Shown piece after piece: positions 57,378 to 64,000 of a stretch of DNA of 64,000 nt. Every line of letters begins with the position of its first letter. Position 1 is the stretch's first letter. This DNA is from a virus. Taxonomy: Duplodnaviria > Heunggongvirae > Uroviricota > Caudoviricetes. The notes under the pieces are model-generated. The model worked only from the letters and a program-made list of their open reading frames with translations, was not told where the DNA came from and did no database searches. A program made the translations under genes and the position numbers. The stretch lies in the IMG/VR virus record IMGVR_UViG_3300019755_000001, one strand, 5' to 3'.

Positions 57378-57640
57378 TGTCAACTTTAACTGGTAAGCAA
57401 ATCAGGCAACTGTTGAAGGAATTTCAGCCCAAGCCAGGCTACATCCACAACAAATCGACTGGTAAACCATTTACTAGGGCCGAGTTTGAGCTGTTGTTTG
57501 ACTCACTGGAGTCTGATGTGGACATTCTTGGTGACGACTTTGCCGAACTTGGCGACTCAGTTGCCAAACGGTTCACACACTTTCTCAAGGTCGGTACTGA
57601 GGCCGATATTGAGTTTATTACCAATTTATTGCGGGATTAA
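57377..57640 (+). CDS. hypothetical protein
   Basis: 87 aa; coupled to the upstream gene. Confidence 0.4.
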   Translation: MSTLTGKQIRQLLKEFQPKPGYIHNKSTGKPFTRAEFELLFDSLESDVDILGDDFAELGDSVAKRFTHFLKVGTEADIEFITNLLRD

Positions 57641-57742
57641 CACACTGCACGCCAACGACGGCTGACTTAACACAAATTTATTAGTGCTAATAGCAACAAC
57701 TGAACCACATTGTGGGGAATATCACATTAAGGAATTATAATT

Positions 57743-58543
57743 ATGGCATCATTCATTGCTAAAGCGTACTCAAATATGGGAGACGCAGAGAAGAAAAAAA
57801 TTGGAGTTGTAGGAACAAGAATCAACTCAGATGGGGACCACAAAGTGAAGATCGTTTCAGCTTACGAGGGTGACTACGAGGGTCAACCAAACTTTAACGT
57901 AACATTCGAAGACGCACAAGGAAAGACTGTTGAATGGACTGGATACTTAACTTCTGAGGTTACAGAGAAGGACGGAGCTGTTCAAGCTGGTATGTACTCA
58001 GTTAATGGTGTACAAACACAATTGAATAACAAAGGTGACAGATATGATAACTTAAAGACTATGGGTATCGTTAAGAACCTATGTAAGATCGTTGGTACAA
58101 CACTTGAGGAAGCAGCCGGAACAATTACTGATGGAAATGTTACTGCATTCGGTAAGACTATTGTTGCACCAATCTGGAATGACTTAATTGGTAGAGAGTT
58201 AACTATTGTTACTAGCTACGAAATTACTGCTGACAAGAAAGACCCGAAGAAAGTATACAGAAACCAAAAGGTGTCTATGTCTCACTTATTCACTGCAACT
58301 GGTTTATCACAAGTTGAAGCAGACGCAGGGAAAACTGAACCATCAGCAATCCACGCTATCGTGAAGTTAGCTAAGCAACCAGCGGCACAGTACGCTGATA
58401 TTGGTTACGGTATCAAGTTCTCAGACAAGTCAAAAGCAGCTTGTATCAGTGAGCTTAAGGTAATCGCATCTGGTGGCCAAGCTCCAGCAGTTGAGTCAGC
58501 ATCAGCAACTAACACAGTAGCAGACAACGAGCCGGAATTCTAG
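57743..58543 (+). CDS. hypothetical protein (possible ssDNA-binding protein, by context only)
   Basis: 266 aa with an AAGGAA RBS, inside the replication module. No motif confirmed. Confidence 0.4.
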   Translation: MASFIAKAYSNMGDAEKKKIGVVGTRINSDGDHKVKIVSAYEGDYEGQPNFNVTFEDAQGKTVEWTGYLTSEVTEKDGAVQAGMYSVNGVQTQLNNKGDRYDNLKTMGIVKNLCKIVGTTLEEAAGTITDGNVTAFGKTIVAPIWNDLIGRELTIVTSYEITADKKDPKKVYRNQKVSMSHLFTATGLSQVEADAGKTEPSAIHAIVKLAKQPAAQYADIGYGIKFSDKSKAACISELKVIASGGQAPAVESASATNTVADNEPEF

Positions 58544-58544
58544 G

Positions 58545-58745
58545 ATGAACCTACCAGCAATCCTTGACGAGAGGGAACAACTACTCGTCGCGGAGTTGGG
58601 TGCTATAGCTGCTCTTAGGGTAGCTGTGAGCAAAGACTCATCAGTTACTGTTAGGCAGTGTTCTAAGTTACTTGACGATACGTCGGTACAGCTTAGAAAA
58701 GACCTAATCGCATTCGACAAAACACTGGCAGTCAGCAATGACTAA
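58545..58745 (+). CDS. hypothetical protein
   Basis: 66 aa. Confidence 0.35.
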   Translation: MNLPAILDEREQLLVAELGAIAALRVAVSKDSSVTVRQCSKLLDDTSVQLRKDLIAFDKTLAVSND

Positions 58746-59112
58746 CCCTAATCAATATCTTAACAAGGCAATTCAATTGGAAATCATCAAATCACAAATC
58801 GACATCACACTAGGTAAGCAAGAGCTTTTAACTATCGTAACTGAGGCATTAGCAGCAGAGGACAATTCAGCAATCAGAAGAGTGCTGCAACCATTCTTAT
58901 CTGGTAAGTTCCCGCAGTTCCCAGACTTTACTAACGTTACTTTATCAGAAATCAACGAGGACGGTACAGCAAACGTTACACTGAAAGTGCCTGTTGTGAG
59001 AGCAAGCAAGCCTGGTGTAGACGAGCAGTCTCCTAGTGACTTGGACATTCCTGTAGAGGAACCAGTTAACGAACAGGATGCTGAAGCACCAATCGACGAT
59101 CCTGCAGAGTAA
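58738..59112 (+). CDS. hypothetical protein with acidic C-terminus
   Basis: 124 aa. Confidence 0.4.
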   Translation: MTNPNQYLNKAIQLEIIKSQIDITLGKQELLTIVTEALAAEDNSAIRRVLQPFLSGKFPQFPDFTNVTLSEINEDGTANVTLKVPVVRASKPGVDEQSPSDLDIPVEEPVNEQDAEAPIDDPAE

Positions 59113-59303
59113 TGTCTAGGTACGAAACTATGGCAATCGAAGAGTGTTTTATCGAAGATCTTACAGCCAATCACGACTTTGACGAAGTTCAAGCATTCAA
59201 TGCTTGGGAGCAACACAAGGACAAACTTTTCTCACAAATGTGGGACGAGTTTAGTTTCATCCTAAGCGAAACAGTCGGAGCTCCAGACGAGTATAACGAC
59301 TAA
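59112..59303 (+). CDS. hypothetical protein
   Basis: 63 aa. Confidence 0.35.
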   Translation: MSRYETMAIEECFIEDLTANHDFDEVQAFNAWEQHKDKLFSQMWDEFSFILSETVGAPDEYND

Positions 59304-59307
59304 CCAA

Positions 59308-59329
59308 CTAACCAATTTCGATTGGTTAG
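59308..59329 (+). terminator. terminator-like hairpin CTAACCAAT-ttcg-ATTGGTTAG
   Basis: Perfect 9-bp stem 5 nt after the stop codon. The T-rich tract starts ~10 nt downstream, so it is not a textbook terminator. Confidence 0.4.
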
Positions 59330-59391
59330 CAGAGCCTATTTATTATCCTTTTTAGGCCCTGTTAATCAATCCCAACCAACAAGGAACACAC

Positions 59392-59676
59392 ATGAACTTA
59401 CAACCAACACAAGACTTTATTGACAAACAAATCGAACAGCAAAATATCTTACAGGTAGCGGACATTCTCACTACCCTCAATCGTAGTGGTTACAAATTAG
59501 TACCAGACTGGGAGATTATTAATGATGAGGCTTTTCTTGCGCAAGTTATTGACGACCTTGTAGAGTACCAGAATTACTCACAAGCAGAAGCCGAAGAAAC
59601 AGCCCCAGACATGGCCAATACATTAATAGAGGCAATGTGGGACGAATACTCTCATGTTCTTAGTGAGGACTCTTAA
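59392..59676 (+). CDS. hypothetical acidic protein
   Basis: 94 aa. Confidence 0.4.
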   Translation: MNLQPTQDFIDKQIEQQNILQVADILTTLNRSGYKLVPDWEIINDEAFLAQVIDDLVEYQNYSQAEAEETAPDMANTLIEAMWDEYSHVLSEDS

Positions 59677-59906
59677 TGCAATATGACAAACAAATACAAG
59701 CCGGTCCATACTGGTTGTCAATCGACACTGAAGCTCAGTACGGCTACTTCGAACACGATGATTATGGTGAGGACGACGGAGGTAGTTTCGAAATGGAACA
59801 CGACGTTGTTACTGATATGGATGGTTGCTATGTAATCCCACGAACTGTTGCCAAAGCCATACAGGACTTTGGTTTTACTATTGACCAAGAGGAGTTTTGC
59901 GCATGA
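59676..59906 (+). CDS. hypothetical protein
   Basis: 76 aa. Confidence 0.4.
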   Translation: MQYDKQIQAGPYWLSIDTEAQYGYFEHDDYGEDDGGSFEMEHDVVTDMDGCYVIPRTVAKAIQDFGFTIDQEEFCA

Positions 59907-60032
59907 ACTATTTAATTATTTACGAACACGAAGTACCTGATTGGGTTTACCAATCTTATCTCGAGCTAGCACATGCCGAAGTACACGACGGCTATGTTAA
60001 GTTCTACACAATTAATCCACAGGAGGTTTACC

Positions 60033-60401
60033 ATGCTAACTAACAAATCTATTATCCAAACAATCTGTAACTTTACTGATGAGCCCTTTTCATTGTCTGA
60101 ACTGAAAGAACTTGACGAGCATATTGAGGACAAGTACGAGAGTAAGGAATTCTATATCGAACTACCAAATAATGGCTACGAGTACAGAATTATCTCTGAG
60201 TACTGGATTGACGATATCCTAGAGGATTCTCTGGAGGATCTAATCACAGACTGTTACCAACTTGGTGAAGGGTCTGAATGGCTTATGCGATATATTGACT
60301 GGAAGCAGATGGCGAAGGACACTGACTACGGAGAACATTTCAGTTCTTACGACGGTTCTGAGGAATCAGATAACTACTATTACTATTTTAGGACTAACTA
60401 A
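60033..60401 (+). CDS. hypothetical protein
   Basis: Start moved to Met21 after a GGAGG RBS; 122 aa. Confidence 0.4.
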   Translation: MLTNKSIIQTICNFTDEPFSLSELKELDEHIEDKYESKEFYIELPNNGYEYRIISEYWIDDILEDSLEDLITDCYQLGEGSEWLMRYIDWKQMAKDTDYGEHFSSYDGSEESDNYYYYFRTN

Positions 60402-60703
60402 TGAAAGCAATTAACAAACAGCTCAAGATTGGTATATCAATCCAATCTATGGTGTCAGCTAGTGGTAATGCAGTACCTAATCAGTTCATCATCCACTCAG
60501 CTCACGGCAGAATGTTTCGTTCTTACCAATCGAATATAGCCTTCATTCCACACGACGAACCTGGGAAGGTTTACCTTGGAGCTGATTGGGATTATTCTAG
60601 GACTACTATGAAGTACCTTAACCAATTCCTCAACGGACAATGTGCTGCTGACACTAGAGCCAAACTTGCGTCTGGTCAGTACATATTGGAGCCTAGGTTA
60701 TGA
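60401..60703 (+). CDS. hypothetical protein
   Basis: 100 aa. Confidence 0.45.
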   Translation: MKAINKQLKIGISIQSMVSASGNAVPNQFIIHSAHGRMFRSYQSNIAFIPHDEPGKVYLGADWDYSRTTMKYLNQFLNGQCAADTRAKLASGQYILEPRL

Positions 60704-60900
60704 GTTACGAACCAGACAACGGCATCCGAATCTGTGACAACTGTGGATCAGAGATGACAGAAGGTTATTGTTGGGGCGATGGCGAAGGTTACGCTTGCTC
60801 GGACGAGTGTCTGTATGTCGACGGCTATACCGAACAACAACACGAACTTGACTACGAAGCAGGGTATGTTTACTGGACCGAATGGCATGCCGGAAACTAA
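60700..60900 (+). CDS. small Cys-rich zinc-ribbon protein
   Basis: 66 aa; CDNCGS...C...C. Confidence 0.4.
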   Translation: MSYEPDNGIRICDNCGSEMTEGYCWGDGEGYACSDECLYVDGYTEQQHELDYEAGYVYWTEWHAGN

Positions 60901-60914
60901 TTAAAGGAATATAC

Positions 60915-61073
60915 ATGAACAAACAAGAAGCATTACAGGAACTATCTTACCTAATTTGGGATGTGTCTCATCCTGATGAGTGGGATACAAACAGCGTTAA
61001 GGAATGGGAGTCCTTACAAATTAGCATAGCCAAACTCATTACCTACATAGAATCCTTGCCTGATGAGTTATAA
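60915..61073 (+). CDS. hypothetical small protein
   Basis: Start moved to the Met after an AAAGGAA RBS; 52 aa. Confidence 0.35.
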   Translation: MNKQEALQELSYLIWDVSHPDEWDTNSVKEWESLQISIAKLITYIESLPDEL

Positions 61074-62556
61074 GTTAACCAACGAGCAGCAAGCGATTGT
61101 TGACTTCATCTCCAACCCAACTGATACTTTACTCAAAGTACAAGCAGTTGCCGGAGCATCGAAGACTACAACCCTAACCGAAGCAGCTAAGCAACTTCAA
61201 CTGTCACATCCAGGCAAGGAGTTTAAATATTTAATTTTTGGTCGAGCAGCTAGTGAGGAAGCACGTACAGCATTCGGTACTAATGCAGTTGTATCAACCA
61301 TTCACCAACTTGCTTATGCACATACCATCCGTACTTCTAATATGAATGTCTCACGTAAGGGCTATTTGTCTTACCACGATGTTCCCAAGTCTATCAAACG
61401 ACCATTTGGGATTGATTACAACGTGTTTCAGCTGATTAATCAGTTTACTTCGTCTCGATTCTTGGAACTTGGTCAGTTTATCAATGACTTTCCACGAACG
61501 GAACGACCATCTACTGACATGGTTCACTATGCACGACTGTATATGAATCACATGCTGAAGGGTACTATGCCTTGCACACACGATTTCTATCTGAAGGTAT
61601 TCCATCGTAAACTGATGAATGGCAACCTTCAACTCGACGAGGTTGATGTGTTAGCTGTTGACGAAGCCCAGGATCTTACTCCAATCACTCTCGACATATT
61701 CGACAACTACCCGGCCAAACTGAAGGTTGTTGTTGGTGATGAGTTTCAGTCTATTTTCGGATGGATGGGGTGTATCAATGCATTCGAGTACTACGCAGGT
61801 CAGGGCACAACTCTTCAGTTAACCAAGTCCTTTCGTGTGAATGTAGCTGATGCCAAACTAATCCAGAACTTCACTAACTCAACTTTTGCACCGGATATGG
61901 TATTCGAGGGTTTCGACTCACCTGAACCAACTAATCCGTCTTACGCATATTTAACCCGTACTAACTCCGAGTTGATTGCCAAGATGATGGAACTGAACAA
62001 GTGCGGAACTCCGTACAAGCTATCTAGCACAACGAAAGTCGACCAGATGTTCAAATTACCTCTTGGTATTCTGTATCTTAAACCTGGGTATAACCAGAAA
62101 TCGCCTGAATTGATGGACTTGCAGAAGGACGTCGACAACTGGCATTCTAGCCACAAACTCAAGCGACTGTACAAGAACAAGTACACTATGTTGTTGGGTC
62201 TACACAAAGGTAACTCAACTATCGAGCAAGCAGTTAAACTGGTGTTGCAGTGTAAGGATACGGATGCACTAATCGCAGCAAGGGAAGCAGCAGAAGCTCA
62301 CAAGAAGTCTTCAGCCAATCTCAGCTTGATGACAGTACACACAGCCAAGGGCGGAACATTTACCCACGTCGAACTTGATGATGGTATTGGCAAGTCTATT
62401 GACGATACTCTAGCATTGCTACGAACTGGCAACCACACATTAACAGCAACCGAACGTGAGTCATTGATGATTGCATATGTAGCAGTAACTAGACATACTG
62501 CAACATTAAAAAATGCTGATTTTTTATACCAAGGAGGAGCAAATGATACCGATTAA
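61063..62556 (+). CDS. UvrD/Rep-family (SF1) DNA helicase
   Basis: 497 aa. Walker A AVAGASKTTTL. Motif II VLAVDEAQDLTP. Motif VI-like VHTAKGGTFTHV. Confidence 0.75.
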   Translation: MSYKLTNEQQAIVDFISNPTDTLLKVQAVAGASKTTTLTEAAKQLQLSHPGKEFKYLIFGRAASEEARTAFGTNAVVSTIHQLAYAHTIRTSNMNVSRKGYLSYHDVPKSIKRPFGIDYNVFQLINQFTSSRFLELGQFINDFPRTERPSTDMVHYARLYMNHMLKGTMPCTHDFYLKVFHRKLMNGNLQLDEVDVLAVDEAQDLTPITLDIFDNYPAKLKVVVGDEFQSIFGWMGCINAFEYYAGQGTTLQLTKSFRVNVADAKLIQNFTNSTFAPDMVFEGFDSPEPTNPSYAYLTRTNSELIAKMMELNKCGTPYKLSSTTKVDQMFKLPLGILYLKPGYNQKSPELMDLQKDVDNWHSSHKLKRLYKNKYTMLLGLHKGNSTIEQAVKLVLQCKDTDALIAAREAAEAHKKSSANLSLMTVHTAKGGTFTHVELDDGIGKSIDDTLALLRTGNHTLTATERESLMIAYVAVTRHTATLKNADFLYQGGANDTD

Positions 62557-62641
62557 GCACCAACCTTACCTATTTTGGGCAGGAGTTGCAGCAGCTATTG
62601 GCGCAATATTTTTGCAGCACATAACAAGTTAAGGAGATTAA

Positions 62642-62833
62642 ATGCAAATTAACATAACATATAAAGACCATCCATTCCCCCAAATTTATGGAAAAGTGTC
62701 TGAACAAGAGGCTATCAGATTAGCACAAACTAAAGAGGATGTGCGAATGTTTGTCTATTCACACAAACCGACTAGGATTGCTATGGTGACTATCAATAAT
62801 GGTAATCTTGTAATAGGACAGTACCGTGCCTGA
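62642..62833 (+). CDS. hypothetical protein
   Basis: 63 aa; AAGGAG RBS. Confidence 0.4.
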   Translation: MQINITYKDHPFPQIYGKVSEQEAIRLAQTKEDVRMFVYSHKPTRIAMVTINNGNLVIGQYRA

Positions 62834-63077
62834 TATAATCAACACAATCCGCCAATTGGAGCAAGAGTTTTACTGCTCTCATGGGCCTAATCACAAACCT
62901 TCCGTGCTTACTATGGACTACGATTCGTGGTGTGAACTTATGAGCCACGAGAGTATTCGCATCTATTACAGACAATCCTATGAACTAAAGGAGTTGGGAC
63001 CAGACAAGTTTATGGACTTAACAGTCGGTATTTTACGTAGTAATCCAACTGATAAACCATTTATCAAAGTGACTTAA
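62826..63077 (+). CDS. hypothetical protein
   Basis: 83 aa. Confidence 0.4.
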   Translation: MPDIINTIRQLEQEFYCSHGPNHKPSVLTMDYDSWCELMSHESIRIYYRQSYELKELGPDKFMDLTVGILRSNPTDKPFIKVT

Positions 63078-63215
63078 TATCTGGCATTCGACTTCAACCT
63101 CTACCATGTGTAACCACAAAGTAAGTTTAATGGATTTAAGTTGATGTAAGTCCTTCTTTCGGATTAAGCTTTTGTAAGCTATAATCTCAACCAATTAATT
63201 TTAAAGGAAACAAAT

Positions 63216-63488
63216 ATGAACAAACAACAATTTATCGCACAAGTTGCGGACAAGAACACAATGACTAAAAAAGACGCTGCGGCTGCAGTTGAAGCGGTAT
63301 TAAGTACAATTACAGATGCATTAGCTTCTGGTGACTCAGTTCAGTTTATCGGTTTTGGTACATTCTCAACTGGTGTAAGAGCTGCTAGAGAAGGTATCAA
63401 CCCATCAACTGGTGACAAAATCCAAATTGCTGAAACAGTTTCACCGAAGTTTAAAGCTGGGTCGAAGCTGAAAAAAGCGGTTAAGTAA
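63216..63488 (+). CDS. hup: HU/IHF-family DNA-binding protein
   Basis: 90 aa. GFGTFSTGVRAAREGINPSTGDKIQIAETVSPKFKAGSKLKKAV is a near-consensus HU arm. Confidence 0.8.
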   Translation: MNKQQFIAQVADKNTMTKKDAAAAVEAVLSTITDALASGDSVQFIGFGTFSTGVRAAREGINPSTGDKIQIAETVSPKFKAGSKLKKAVK

Positions 63489-63489
63489 A

Positions 63490-64000
63490 GTGAGTATTAA
63501 TGTAGTTAAGCATGACGGAACTACCGAACCATTGGATCTAGCAAAAGCTTCAGCAAGTCTTGAGTGGTCTATGGAAGGTGTCCCTGGTGTATCACAGTCG
63601 GAGGTTGAAGTTCAGTCGAAGTTGCATTTCTTCGATGGAATTGAGACTAGCTACATCACTGACATATTTATCAAAACATGTGACGATTTAGCAGACTTGA
63701 GAAACCCGAACTACGACCAAGTAGCCAGAAACCTCAAGTTACAACGACTGTACAAACGAGTTTTCAACTCAGTTGAGCCTCAATCACTTGCCGATTTCAT
63801 ACAAGCCAGAGTTGATGCAGGTCATTATTCACAGAACATTCTGCCTAGAGCAGATTATGTGGATTATGACGAACTGGAGAAGGTTATTGACCATTCTAGG
63901 GACTTTACATTCACTAGTTCTGGGCTAGATGCACTAATTAACGGATATGGAGTGTGTAAGTATGAAACACCTCAGTTTATGTTCATGGCAATTGCTATAG
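63490..64000 (+). CDS. nrdA: ribonucleotide reductase class Ia alpha subunit, N-terminal part (ATP-cone); continues beyond the window
   Basis: VVKHDGTTEPLDLAKASASLEWSMEGVPGVSQSEVEVQSKLHFFDGIETSYITD aligns with E. coli NrdA VTKRDGSTERINLDKIHRVLDWAAEGLHNVSISQVELRSHIQFYDGIKTSDIHE. Probable GTG start at 63490. Confidence 0.8.
   Translation, partial: MSINVVKHDGTTEPLDLAKASASLEWSMEGVPGVSQSEVEVQSKLHFFDGIETSYITDIFIKTCDDLADLRNPNYDQVARNLKLQRLYKRVFNSVEPQSLADFIQARVDAGHYSQNILPRADYVDYDELEKVIDHSRDFTFTSSGLDALINGYGVCKYETPQFMFMAIAI

Noticed and set aside
63172-63185. Sigma70-like -10 (TATAAT at 63180) upstream of the HU gene
   Set aside because: No convincing -35 at 17 bp spacing. Left as an unassigned promoter-like hexamer.

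Overview
This 64 kb window reads as a contiguous segment of a large virulent tailed-phage genome. GC content is about 40%, genes are tightly packed and often translationally coupled, and AGGA-type ribosome-binding sites are common, so a Gram-negative host is likely. No rRNA or CRISPR array is present.

The first 11.4 kb is a minus-strand block: terminase large subunit, a PIN-PhoH ATPase, a ClpP-like peptidase, three homing-endonuclease-like genes and several small ORFs. After a divergent control region at 11.4-11.8 kb, the rest is almost entirely plus strand. It carries:
- a single antisense ParB-like nuclease gene inside the plus-strand run;
- a lysis cassette (signal-anchored GH24 endolysin plus small membrane proteins);
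- a five-gene operon ending in an SPFH/band-7 lipoprotein;
- an HD-domain (p)ppGpp-hydrolase-like gene;
- a replication module: iteron array with an initiator-like HTH protein, SF2 helicase, RecB/Cas4-like nuclease, a beta-class N6A/N4C DNA methyltransferase, family-A DNA polymerase, archaeo-eukaryotic-type primase, P-loop ATPases, UvrD-like helicase, HU, and the start of NrdA.

The most unusual items are:
1. Two ORF-free clusters (25.4-26.5 kb and 42.4-43.7 kb) of tRNA-like genes. Their acceptor, D and T arms are well formed, but the anticodon regions are enlarged or interrupted (elements of 71-117 nt).
2. A candidate group I intron (52829-54026) carrying an HNH endonuclease gene that splits a P-loop ORF.
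3. At least seven homing-endonuclease-like genes, three of which share a repeated Cys/His 'CPxHGxFxQ...HLxGxGCxxC' module fused to different nuclease domains.
4. A four-copy TTTGTCGG iteron array upstream of the initiator-like gene.

Most other ORFs are hypothetical.
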